DNA from: a virus
Taxonomy: Duplodnaviria; Caudoviricetes
DNA: 39,625 nt
Strand: one strand, 5' to 3'
IMG/VR virus record: IMGVR_UViG_3300033417_000029
Span: 1 to 39,625 of that record
Each line of letters starts with the position of its first letter. Position 1 is the first letter of the stretch. The notes under the pieces were generated by a model. It had not been told where the DNA came from. It saw only the letters and a list, made by a program, of their open reading frames with translations, and did no database searches. Below, in pieces: positions 27,332-35,072 of the stretch. Position numbers and translations under genes: made by a program.

Positions 27332-28014
27332 TTTGTCCCCGCCGCTAAGGATTCTTCATGATAGAATACTACACCAGGATATTTGACTTCGCCCTTGGTG
27401 GCTTGGGCGATTTTGTTGAGCCGGCTTTCGTCAATGCTGATGAAGGCCATAAGATTCTCATTGTCCAGGGCAGCATTGACGAATTTATTTTTATTGTCAA
27501 CGCGCGCGCGCCAGAGCTTACGGGTAGAGATTCCTTGTATTTTAGGCGTCTCTGTTTGCAATGAGATAAGCGGCGCGTCTATTTCTTCGGCTTCAGCCAG
27601 GCGCTGCTCACGAAGTTCTGGCGTTTTCAATTTTCCCGCTTGTTTGCGTAAGCGTTCCCTTTCTTTGGCAGCTCGGGCATCGGCTTCTGCTTGCAGGCGT
27701 TGTTGTTCTTGCCTACGTTTTAATTCTTCTTGTCGCTGGTAGGAAAGCATTTTCTGCTTTACTGATGATTCCGCAAGATCTAGAGGACTGACCATTTCAG
27801 TCTCTCTTGCCACGATGCTTTTCCAAGCCTCATATGTTTTTTTCTTGATAGGTGCGAAGAAATCGAGAAATTTCTTTTTTGCAGCCTTTACTTCTTTTAG
27901 AAATTCCCCGGCATGATGATAATCCGTTGCGTTATTTATTTCTAGTCGTTGCGCAACTAACAGCACCGGTGAGACTTCTTTTGCAATTTCAATGAGTTGT
28001 TGTTGTTCATTCAT
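27328..28014 (-). CDS. Coiled-coil protein of the recombination module
   Basis: Long E/R/Q/A coiled coil; C-terminal GISTRK.W...YPGVVFY.E motif. Confidence 0.65.
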   Translation of the reverse strand: MNEQQQLIEIAKEVSPVLLVAQRLEINNATDYHHAGEFLKEVKAAKKKFLDFFAPIKKKTYEAWKSIVARETEMVSPLDLAESSVKQKMLSYQRQEELKRRQEQQRLQAEADARAAKERERLRKQAGKLKTPELREQRLAEAEEIDAPLISLQTETPKIQGISTRKLWRARVDNKNKFVNAALDNENLMAFISIDESRLNKIAQATKGEVKYPGVVFYHEESLAAGTK

Positions 28015-28223
28015 TCGTTTTTCTCCTTGTCTCTTTCAAGGCGGTTTGCTTCATCACGCAACTCTTGCGCAGGATGATCAAGCCAGCCATTATAAATGTC
28101 TTTCCCGTCAATGCGGATGTGTATGCCATCATCCTCTGATGTGTACCGGAGATCAACATTGTACTTTTCATACACATCTGCAAGAGCGCGAAGTGCTTCT
28201 ATTCTAAATTTACGTTTTGTCAT
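28011..28223 (-). CDS. Hypothetical protein
   Basis: Overlaps both neighbours. Confidence 0.55.
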   Translation of the reverse strand: MTKRKFRIEALRALADVYEKYNVDLRYTSEDDGIHIRIDGKDIYNGWLDHPAQELRDEANRLERDKEKNE

Positions 28224-28815
28224 AATGTAAGGTTTTGAAATTTGCTATCGTCAGACACGCAAGGAAAAGCCTCTGTGCCTGCTTTATGTTTTTGTACCAT
28301 TTTAGCGAATACGTGCCGTTATCCCCCAAAACGATAGCGCAAGCTTTTTTGATTTTACTATTGTATTTTTCTTCCCAAAGCAGGGAATAGCCGCCGAGTT
28401 GAATCTCGACATATGGCTCCAATGATGATTTGATATCACCAAGTATGAGATGATCATTATGCAAGATCAGATCAATGGTTCCGGCAAACTGGTATCTCTT
28501 GGAATGCAACATCAACTCTGAGTGCATCACCTCATAACCGGTTTCGGAGATAAACTTCACGAAAGCTTTCAGTTTACCTAAAATCCTTACATCTACTGTG
28601 CCCCAATCTAACACGCCTTCCAGGAGGTAATGGATAGCCTTATGTACGGCTGTTCCTTTCCCAGCATGCCATTCGGTCCAATAAAATCTTTCTCCAACAT
28701 GCCATTCGGTCAATCTTTCTCCAAAATTGGCTTGGATGGCCTGCGTCACGCTGGGAAGGCGTCTTGTGCCGAGACGATAGATATGGTTTTCATCAATGTT
28801 AATGTTATCATTCAT
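28210..28815 (-). CDS. PD-(D/E)XK exonuclease (RecB/Cas4-like fold)
   Basis: LPSVT, GTAVH, FAGTIDL, DIKS and QLGGY motifs; near recT. Confidence 0.85.
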   Translation of the reverse strand: MNDNINIDENHIYRLGTRRLPSVTQAIQANFGERLTEWHVGERFYWTEWHAGKGTAVHKAIHYLLEGVLDWGTVDVRILGKLKAFVKFISETGYEVMHSELMLHSKRYQFAGTIDLILHNDHLILGDIKSSLEPYVEIQLGGYSLLWEEKYNSKIKKACAIVLGDNGTYSLKWYKNIKQAQRLFLACLTIANFKTLHYDKT

Positions 28816-28830
28816 ACCATTTGTACTTCT

Positions 28831-29241
28831 TCATATTCTTTCCTTGTTCTTGTCTCTACTCCACGCTACGAGCATTGCTTCACCGTGCCTGTCGTCGATC
28901 CAGGCCTGAAGTATTTCCCTATAACGGGAAATAAATTCAATCGTCTCTTCTTTGTCTAATTCTGACAAGCCACGGTATCGTTTCCGGCACTCGCCGGTAC
29001 GAATACTGAAGTCATCGACAAAAAACAAATCTTCAAATTCAGGTGAAAGCCGCAATTCATTGTAAACGGCTTCCTTTGAGCAATACAGGAATTGTCCTGC
29101 AATAGAGAAGTCCCGCCAGATTGCGCTATTTTGGCTATGCGTCTTGGCATTTGGCAACGATACCAAGGCGTACCGCATGGGATTCGCGTTGAAGTATGCC
29201 TTCGCCATTGCTGATAGATTCCTGGAAAGTTTTGACTTCAC
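28831..29241 (-). CDS. NinB/Orf-like recombination accessory protein
   Basis: KT.SQN..IW and LSELDKEE..EFI patterns. Confidence 0.55.
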   Translation of the reverse strand: MKSKLSRNLSAMAKAYFNANPMRYALVSLPNAKTHSQNSAIWRDFSIAGQFLYCSKEAVYNELRLSPEFEDLFFVDDFSIRTGECRKRYRGLSELDKEETIEFISRYREILQAWIDDRHGEAMLVAWSRDKNKERI

Positions 29242-29536
29242 ACAGAAACTTCAATGCCTTTCCCTGTTCTTAAATTTTCTGCGATTTCGCAGGCTTTGTC
29301 AACAAGCGCGCGGAAAGCCGTGGTCGTCATACCTATTCCCGGCCAGATATTTACAAATAAAACCTTGCCATCAGGTTGAACGACGATATCGTTTCGTCTT
29401 TTATCCTATACCAGGGATCGGGGAAACCTAAGACCTTTTCGATAGTAAAATCGTCTCCGGGAGACCAGCCGCAGCGCTCGCATGGATATCCATTGGTATC
29501 CTGACCACATTTCTCGCAAGTCATATTTTCTTTCAT
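29238..29536 (-). pseudogene. Zn-finger-led hypothetical gene split by a -1 frame change near 29393
   Basis: Frame 0 (CEKC..CERC..WYRIKDE) and the -1 frame (NDIVVQPDGK...IEVSV, whose stop overlaps the NinB-like GTG) appear to form one gene. Confidence 0.45.
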
Positions 29537-29679
29537 CTCAGCGATTTCTTAATTTCATTAATTTTGTGCTTGATTGTTGCTTTCTCCATTAATTTTTCTG
29601 CTTCCCGGAGTTGTCTTTCCAACTCGGCTAGAAGCTTTTTAGCGGCTTCTTGTTCTTTCTTATCGCGCTCGTTTGTCAT
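29533..29679 (-). CDS. 48-aa charged helical protein (absent from the ORF track)
   Basis: GGAAGGA RBS; MTNERDKKEQ...KKSLR; ATGA overlap with the next gene. Confidence 0.6.
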   Translation of the reverse strand: MTNERDKKEQEAAKKLLAELERQLREAEKLMEKATIKHKINEIKKSLR

Positions 29680-29801
29680 ATCCATTCCTTCCCGCGTACA
29701 TTTTTTGTATTATTATTTAATAGCCCATCATTTCGAGCACGAACGCGATCAACGCGCACCCGCAAAGCAAAATCATTAATTCAATCATTTCATTTTACCC
29801 A

Positions 29802-29900
29802 TCAAATATTTCTATTTTTTGGCTCTACAAAAGACAGGCCAAGAAAATCGAAAACATCATTTTCTTCCTTGAAATATTCAACTCCTACTAACCTATTTTT
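29802..29900 (-). pseudogene. Fragment resembling the C-terminal thumb motif of family X DNA polymerases
   Basis: Reads KNRLVGVEYFKEENDVFDFLGLSFVEPKNRNI*, similar to the PolX E..IF..LGL.(Y/F)..P..R motif. Confidence 0.5.
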
Positions 29901-30115
29901 TTATCTTCTTCCAGAACTCGGAGACACTCCTCGCAGGCGTCTCCGGCAGACTCGACTTCATGATCGCAGGCGTCTCCGGCAGACTCGACTTCATGATCGC
30001 AGTCGTTGTAGCAGCAAGATGCTGCTTCTGTTTGATAGGATTCAGCTATTGCCTGTTGAAAGATCAGACTGTGCTGAACGGGCTTGGGCTTTATTGGATG
30101 GTGAAAGGCAGGCAT
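29888..30115 (-). CDS. Cys-rich hypothetical protein with an 11-aa tandem duplication
   Basis: CDHEVESAGDA occurs twice. Confidence 0.55.
   Translation of the reverse strand: MPAFHHPIKPKPVQHSLIFQQAIAESYQTEAASCCYNDCDHEVESAGDACDHEVESAGDACEECLRVLEEDKKIG
29931..30002. repeat. Perfect 33-bp tandem duplication
   Basis: TCGCAGGCGTCTCCGGCAGACTCGACTTCATGA x2 plus TCGCAG. Confidence 0.95.
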
Positions 30116-30303
30116 CTTTGTTCTTTCAAGTCAAGTAAATTAAAAATACTCTGGAATTTCCTACACTGACTACTACGCGAGGTCACCTTAAACCCACCAC
30201 CCTCAGAATTCCAGAGCCAGTTTTTTCATAAAAACCGGGAGTCTTGTTTCTCGTCACAATTGACAGGACTCCCGAACATTTTCTGTGCGTTGACTGTGCA
30301 TCT

Positions 30304-30331
30304 AAAATAGAGCATTAATTTTAAATGTCAA
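30304..30331 (-). promoter_or_regulatory. Leftward sigma70-like promoter
   Basis: TTGACA-N16-TATTTT on the - strand in the divergent intergenic gap. Confidence 0.55.
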
Positions 30332-30368
30332 GCGCTTTCTTATCTTTTTTTTGAAATTCAAAAAAAAC

Positions 30369-30396
30369 TTGAATATTTACTTGTATGTGCTATTTT
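30369..30396 (+). promoter_or_regulatory. Rightward sigma70-like promoter
   Basis: TTGAAT-N16-TATTTT with a TGn extension. Confidence 0.5.
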
Positions 30397-30435
30397 CATC
30401 AGAAAACAATCATTCAAACAGAAAGGGAAAAAATA

Positions 30436-30756
30436 ATGTCAATAGTTGTTTTTGAAAAAAGGAAATCGAGAAAAAATCCAGTCTTGCAGCCAAAAGTATC
30501 TCAAGAACTGGCCGATGAGGTAAAGGGAATTGCAAAGGCATCAGGCATTTCCGTGGCTGATGCCGGGAATCGGCTTCTTATTAAAGGTCTTGAACAAGCC
30601 AAAAGAGAAGCATCCCTCAAGCCTGAAATCGACTTGCTTGTTAAAAGTTTACGGGCTTCCGTGGATGGATCAATGCATGATTTTTTGTTTATTGAAGCTG
30701 CAGATGCCCTGGAAATGCTGATAGGCAATGACCGAATGAAAAGAGAACAAAAGTAA
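30436..30756 (+). CDS. Ribbon-helix-helix (Arc/CopG-like) regulator
   Basis: VLQPKVSQELADEVKGIAKASGISVADAGNRLLIKGL; first gene of the rightward operon. Confidence 0.65.
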   Translation: MSIVVFEKRKSRKNPVLQPKVSQELADEVKGIAKASGISVADAGNRLLIKGLEQAKREASLKPEIDLLVKSLRASVDGSMHDFLFIEAADALEMLIGNDRMKREQK

Positions 30757-31166
30757 ATGACAAGAAAAAAGCCTTGTCCTGCATGTAAAAAGGTGTATTT
30801 GGCATTCACGAATGTGATCTTTTGATCGTGACTAAAGCAGGCTATCTCTGGGAAGTGGAGATAAAGATCAGTTTAGGTGATTTAAAAAAAGACATGGCAA
30901 AGAAACATAGCCACAAACATTCGAAATTATCAAGGCTGTACTTTGCAATTCCGGAAAAATTGTTTAGCAAGGCTGAGTATATACCAAATAATGCCGGTAT
31001 AATTGTTGTGCATCCGAACGGTTACTGTGAACTCAAAAAAACGGCTGTTACAAAGCCGCGAGGTTACAAGATATGTGAATCCGAAAGATCACATATTTTA
31101 CATTTAGGCTGCATGAGAATATGGAGCTTAAAACGCAGGATACAGCGGATGAAAAATCATGTTTGA
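30757..31166 (+). CDS. PD-(D/E)XK (MmcB-like) nuclease, apparently needing a -1 shift at 30787-30792
   Basis: The -1 frame gives GIHECDLLIVTKAGYLWEVEIKIS..D..KD and LYFAIP; the nearest upstream ATG (30757) is in frame 0. Confidence 0.6.
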
Positions 31167-31533
31167 TTGCTCAAAGTGCCTGAGCAGATGCAAGGCCGAT
31201 TGCTGTCATGGACCGATCCCCATCCCGGCGGAAACATTACAAAAGCACAAAACCATTCGTCCTATTCTTCATCAGGAAGATGTCGGTGGTGGTTATGTTG
31301 CAGTGGTATCAACATATCAAGATGGCACACAAATTAAGTTGGTTTGTCCATTTCTTGGCCTGGACAACCGTTGTTCGATTTACGATGATCGACCTTTTGT
31401 TTGTAAAGATTTCGGCACTGAAATCGTGCCATTTATGCAATGCTCTTGGCAAGACAAAGTCGGGAATGTCAGGAGCCGGTCAGCTCGGCGGCGCATTAAG
31501 CGTGATCACATTAAAAGAAGGTATCAGAAATGA
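31159..31533 (+). CDS. YkgJ-family CxxCxxCC cysteine-cluster protein
   Basis: CSKC...C...CC and CPFL...RCSIY..RP.VC..F motifs. Confidence 0.88.
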   Translation: MFDCSKCLSRCKADCCHGPIPIPAETLQKHKTIRPILHQEDVGGGYVAVVSTYQDGTQIKLVCPFLGLDNRCSIYDDRPFVCKDFGTEIVPFMQCSWQDKVGNVRSRSARRRIKRDHIKRRYQK

Positions 31534-31928
31534 AACTTGCGATTGAGAACCTGCATCATGACATGACAATCGAAAGAATTAGTGAACTCCTGGACTCCAT
31601 GATGTTGCATGGCAACAATAGCGCCGAAGAAAAATTGTACTGGTTGTTATCGGAGTTGCAAAAGGCTGTCGACACCTGCGACGACATCCGGAAAACTTTA
31701 GCCTACAAAGGCTACAAGGGTTACTACCAATTTGATTCTGAATTTAAAATTTATTATGGAGAAGTCGTCGATATCATGGACATTATCACCTTTCAAGCGA
31801 CATATTCAGAAGAAATGGAGAAAGCTTTCCGGGACTCTGTTGATGATTACTTGGCTTTCCGGCTCACTGGTCGATTGCGAACCGCCGAAGAAAGAAAAAA
31901 GACCTTTATCGAATCAGGACGGTGTTGA
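31530..31928 (+). CDS. Protein containing a HicB antitoxin-like domain
   Basis: YKGY.G...FD.E..I.YG.V..I.DIITFQA....E.EKAFRDSVDDYL matches the HicB N-terminal domain consensus. Confidence 0.75.
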   Translation: MKLAIENLHHDMTIERISELLDSMMLHGNNSAEEKLYWLLSELQKAVDTCDDIRKTLAYKGYKGYYQFDSEFKIYYGEVVDIMDIITFQATYSEEMEKAFRDSVDDYLAFRLTGRLRTAEERKKTFIESGRC

Positions 31929-31959
31929 CGTGTGTGGGTGCCCGATCACGAAAAACACG

Positions 31960-32191
31960 GGCACGGTATCGCATCGAGTCGGTTGCAAAAAATCCGACCA
32001 AGCCGCGGCTGATTCGAGTGCAGGATTGTAACCCGGTGATTGATCCCACTGGCCCTTATGGAGGCAAGTACCGCGTGATTCGCGGCGGCAGTTGGCACTT
32101 CGACGCCCGCAGCGTGCGCGCTGCCTACCGCGGCAGGAGCTGGCCTGGCTACCGCATCGGCTATTTGGGTTTTCGTTGCGCCCTATTATAA
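31960..32191 (+). pseudogene. Fragment of an FGE-sulfatase/C-type-lectin domain with a DGR-type variable region
   Basis: VQDC..DPTGP..GKYRVIRGGSW...VRAAYR....GYLGFRCA; no intact N-terminal domain. Confidence 0.75.
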
Positions 32192-32227
32192 CGGTAAGCA
32201 ATGAGATCAGATTCTCGAAGAATTTCT

Positions 32228-32256
32228 TTGATTATTAATTTGAAGTTTGTTATCAT
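32228..32256 (+). promoter_or_regulatory. Sigma70-like promoter upstream of the replication genes
   Basis: TTGATT-N17-TATCAT with a TGn extension. Confidence 0.6.
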
Positions 32257-32312
32257 TCTTGCGCCGGGAGTATGGCACCCGACGTAACAATTACAAGCAA
32301 AAAGTTTAAATG

Positions 32313-32430
32313 AGGCTTATAGTTTTGAGCTTCGAGTACGTTACCGGTATGCCGTTTTATTTGCTTGGACGGTTTTATCGGCGCCACCGATCCGGTGACG
32401 TGCTCGTGGCTTTACTGTGAGCCTTTTTTA
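32313..32430 (+). ncRNA. Structured leader RNA (C4/P4 CI-like)
   Basis: Long G-U-containing stem 32313-32347/32392-32424 enclosing two hairpins, followed by a U-run. Confidence 0.55.
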
Positions 32431-32547
32431 TTTTATGCCTAAATGTTATGGCTGATGTGACGCATAAGACCAATCAAGATGTGACACATACCTCAGATGC
32501 GTCGTATGAGACCAATCAGAAACAAAACAAGAGCATGGAGTCATTTA

Positions 32548-33480
32548 ATGAGTGAAAAACTAAAGAGAGCATTCAAAGGGATATGGATACCGGCAAGACT
32601 TTATCTTGAAAAAGAATTGTCATGGACTGAAAAAATACTATTGATTGAAATAGACAGTCTGTCTACTGATAAACGGGGATGTTTTGCTTCAAACGCTCAT
32701 TTTGCCGAATTTATTGGCATTAAAGAAATGCCAGTGAAAAATATGTTAACGAGCCTTAAAAAAAGAGGATATATTGAATATTCGACGGCTGGAGGATGCA
32801 GGGGGGACATAAGGATAATTCAAGAAAAGTCGGCACAAAAATGTGCTGACTCGGCACAAAAATGTGCTGACTCGGCACAAAAATGTGCTGAGAATGGCAA
32901 ATTGCTTACGCTCAACGCAGGCAATAGCGAATTTCCCCCTAATAATACACTTAATAATACATTTAATAAATACAAAGAAGATCCGTCATTTCCAGAAAAC
33001 GGAAATGCCTTACACACAGCGAAAGATGAAAACAATCAGAAACAAAACAAGAGCATGGAGGGGAAAAAGGAAGAACATTTTTTTCCCTTAAAAGTAAAAA
33101 TCCCCCCCGAAAAGCGTTCCGCCGCGGCCCCCCCTTTACTGCAGAAAACAGAAATACATGAAACATTTAATGCGATCGAGCAAAAACTCCAAACCGGTAA
33201 GACGGCAAAAAGACCACTGTTCAGGTCAGAAAAGCGCCTTAAGGGCTTAGCGCGTGTGCTGAAGGAGTTCAAAAGTAATGGGCTATCGGCGGTTGATTTG
33301 TTGGCAGCGCTTGATAAGATGATGGCGAATGCGTGGCTGATGGGAGAGAATCCGGGAGGAGTCGTTTATTTGACTTTTGATTTTTTTGTGCGGCCTGGTA
33401 AGGCTGTTGAGTGGTTCGAGCGTGAAGATGGTAAGCAACAGAGTAAACAAAACGACTTTGTCCCACCTTATTTGAGATAG
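32548..33480 (+). CDS. Replication initiator (lambda O-like, N-terminal HTH)
   Basis: FKGIWIP..L, EKILL.EI.SL, GCFASNAHFAEF and LKKRGYI motifs; internal iterons; C-terminal TFDFF..P; upstream of dnaB. Confidence 0.85.
   Translation: MSEKLKRAFKGIWIPARLYLEKELSWTEKILLIEIDSLSTDKRGCFASNAHFAEFIGIKEMPVKNMLTSLKKRGYIEYSTAGGCRGDIRIIQEKSAQKCADSAQKCADSAQKCAENGKLLTLNAGNSEFPPNNTLNNTFNKYKEDPSFPENGNALHTAKDENNQKQNKSMEGKKEEHFFPLKVKIPPEKRSAAAPPLLQKTEIHETFNAIEQKLQTGKTAKRPLFRSEKRLKGLARVLKEFKSNGLSAVDLLAALDKMMANAWLMGENPGGVVYLTFDFFVRPGKAVEWFEREDGKQQSKQNDFVPPYLR
32830..32891. repeat. Three 21-bp iterons, the likely replication origin
   Basis: TCGGCACAAAAATGTGCTGA(C) x3, each with a GCACA-AAAA-TGTGC dyad; AT-rich TAATACA repeats follow at about 32940-32972. 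Confidence 0.8.
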
Positions 33481-33485
33481 AAAAA

Positions 33486-34811
33486 ATGGATTTAGATATT
33501 GATAGAAAACCGGCACGAGATGAACAACGAGAGCGACAGGTGCTTAGTTATTTATTGCAAGGCAAGCACAACCCGGCGTGGATTTTTGATAGACTTGGAG
33601 TATCTGATTTCTATCTGAAAAAAAACAGAATTCTTTTCGAGCATTGTTTTCGGGCTTATCAACAAAATCGAAATTTCTGTTTAATTGATGTTTATCAGAG
33701 CCTAAAAATGGCTGATTTGACTGTAGAAATCCCGTGGGGTTTTTTGGGACAATTGGAACCAGAGTGTTTTACTCCCAGCAATATTCTCGAATCAGTTGGG
33801 ATTTTGATCGATGCTTCTCAACTCAGAGAAGTAAATCGATTGGTGATTGAAATAGGGAATCGTAGTTATGATCCGTGTGAAAAAGCTACGACTTTACTGA
33901 ATGAGATGAAGGATCGATGTACAGATATTCTTGCCAGGCAGAGTTTTGACAGTTTTGAACATATTGCTAAAGTTCAAGATCGTGAAAATGGGATTATGTT
34001 GAAGGCTGCCGAACTGAAGGAAGTGCCGGGATTAGGCACGGGATTCAGGAAGCTCAATGAGTTTGTTATGTTTTCGCCTGGAGACTTGGTAATTTTGGCT
34101 GGTCGCCCGTCGATGGGGAAATCCGGATTTGCGAAAGCTATAGCAAGGAATATCGCCATCTCTGGGGTAGCAGTAGGTATTTTCTCGCTTGAGGATAGCT
34201 CAGGAGCTTTTTACCGGCGTTTGCTTGCTGACGAAGCAGAAATTAGAGCGAGTAAGTTACGCGATCCAAGATTGTTGAATTCAGAAGATTGGAGTAAAGT
34301 CGTTGAGCGTCAAGAAAAGATAAAAGATTTACCTATCTGGATTGACGACCGTCCGAAGGCAAGTCTGCGTTCTATCATTGCAAAGGCGGAGTCAGTAAAG
34401 GCTGAGCATGATATTAAGCTGTTTATAATTGATTATTTAGGCTTGGTGAAATCAGATAAACGAAAAGAAAATCGTAATGCGGAGGTTACACACATTTGCG
34501 GTGAATTGAAAGACTTGGCAAAGTTTTTAGAAATTCCAGTGCTGGTTCTTAGCCAGCTCAACCGTGAGTGTGAATCAAGGACGAATAAACGACCGATGCT
34601 TTCAGATTTACGCGAATCCGGTTCGATAGAACAGGATGCGGACACCGTGCTTTTCATTTATCGTGATTCATTTTATCATCAAGATGCTGATAAAACTGAA
34701 GTCGAGATAATTGTTGCGAAGCAGCGAAATGGTCCTATTGGGCGAGTTTTGTTGAAATATTATGAAGAATATCAACAGTTTAGAGACAAAGAAGATATCC
34801 CTATTTTCTGA
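33486..34811 (+). CDS. dnaB: Replicative DNA helicase
   Basis: AGRPSMGKS, FSLE, IIDYLGL, LSQLNR, DLRESGSIEQDAD and KQRNGP motifs. Confidence 0.96.
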   Translation: MDLDIDRKPARDEQRERQVLSYLLQGKHNPAWIFDRLGVSDFYLKKNRILFEHCFRAYQQNRNFCLIDVYQSLKMADLTVEIPWGFLGQLEPECFTPSNILESVGILIDASQLREVNRLVIEIGNRSYDPCEKATTLLNEMKDRCTDILARQSFDSFEHIAKVQDRENGIMLKAAELKEVPGLGTGFRKLNEFVMFSPGDLVILAGRPSMGKSGFAKAIARNIAISGVAVGIFSLEDSSGAFYRRLLADEAEIRASKLRDPRLLNSEDWSKVVERQEKIKDLPIWIDDRPKASLRSIIAKAESVKAEHDIKLFIIDYLGLVKSDKRKENRNAEVTHICGELKDLAKFLEIPVLVLSQLNRECESRTNKRPMLSDLRESGSIEQDADTVLFIYRDSFYHQDADKTEVEIIVAKQRNGPIGRVLLKYYEEYQQFRDKEDIPIF

Positions 34812-34866
34812 CAACTGTTCAGAAAAATTGAACAGTTGAACGCGTAAAATAAAAAGGAGTAAAGAA

Positions 34867-35019
34867 ATGAAAATGAGAAAAAGAGATGGGTATTTTATTG
34901 AAAACGGACTTCAAGCAGATTTTAGATTCATTCGCAAACATGAAGTAGAAGATCGATCGCTTGTCGAAACAGCGGCTGGTGAAATCTGGGTGGAGACGAG
35001 TATTCTCAGATATGATTGA
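34867..35019 (+). CDS. 50-aa hypothetical protein (absent from the ORF track)
   Basis: AAGGAG RBS; MKMRKRDGYF...ILRYD*. Confidence 0.5.
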   Translation: MKMRKRDGYFIENGLQADFRFIRKHEVEDRSLVETAAGEIWVETSILRYD

Positions 35020-35038
35020 CGCGGTAGAGATAAAGTGA

Positions 35039-35063
35039 GCCCGGCAGCACCTTGCCACCGGGC
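35039..35063 (-). repeat. Cassette hairpin copy 1
   Basis: Sense strand GCCCGGTGGCA-AGG-TGCTGCCGGGC then TCAC. Confidence 0.9.
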
Positions 35064-35072
35064 CGGGGGGGG

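Noticed and set aside
28210-28815. Cas4 or CRISPR-associated nuclease
   Set aside because: It lacks the four-Cys Fe-S pattern, and its context beside recT indicates a recombination exonuclease.
29931-30002. 33-bp repeats as a mini-CRISPR or guide array
   Set aside because: The copies are directly adjacent with no spacers; this is an in-frame coding duplication.
32830-32891. 21-bp repeats as a novel array
   Set aside because: Explained as origin iterons within an O-like initiator gene.
34819-35058. 79-aa - strand ORF
   Set aside because: It starts inside the hairpin without an RBS and overlaps a + strand ORF that has a good RBS.
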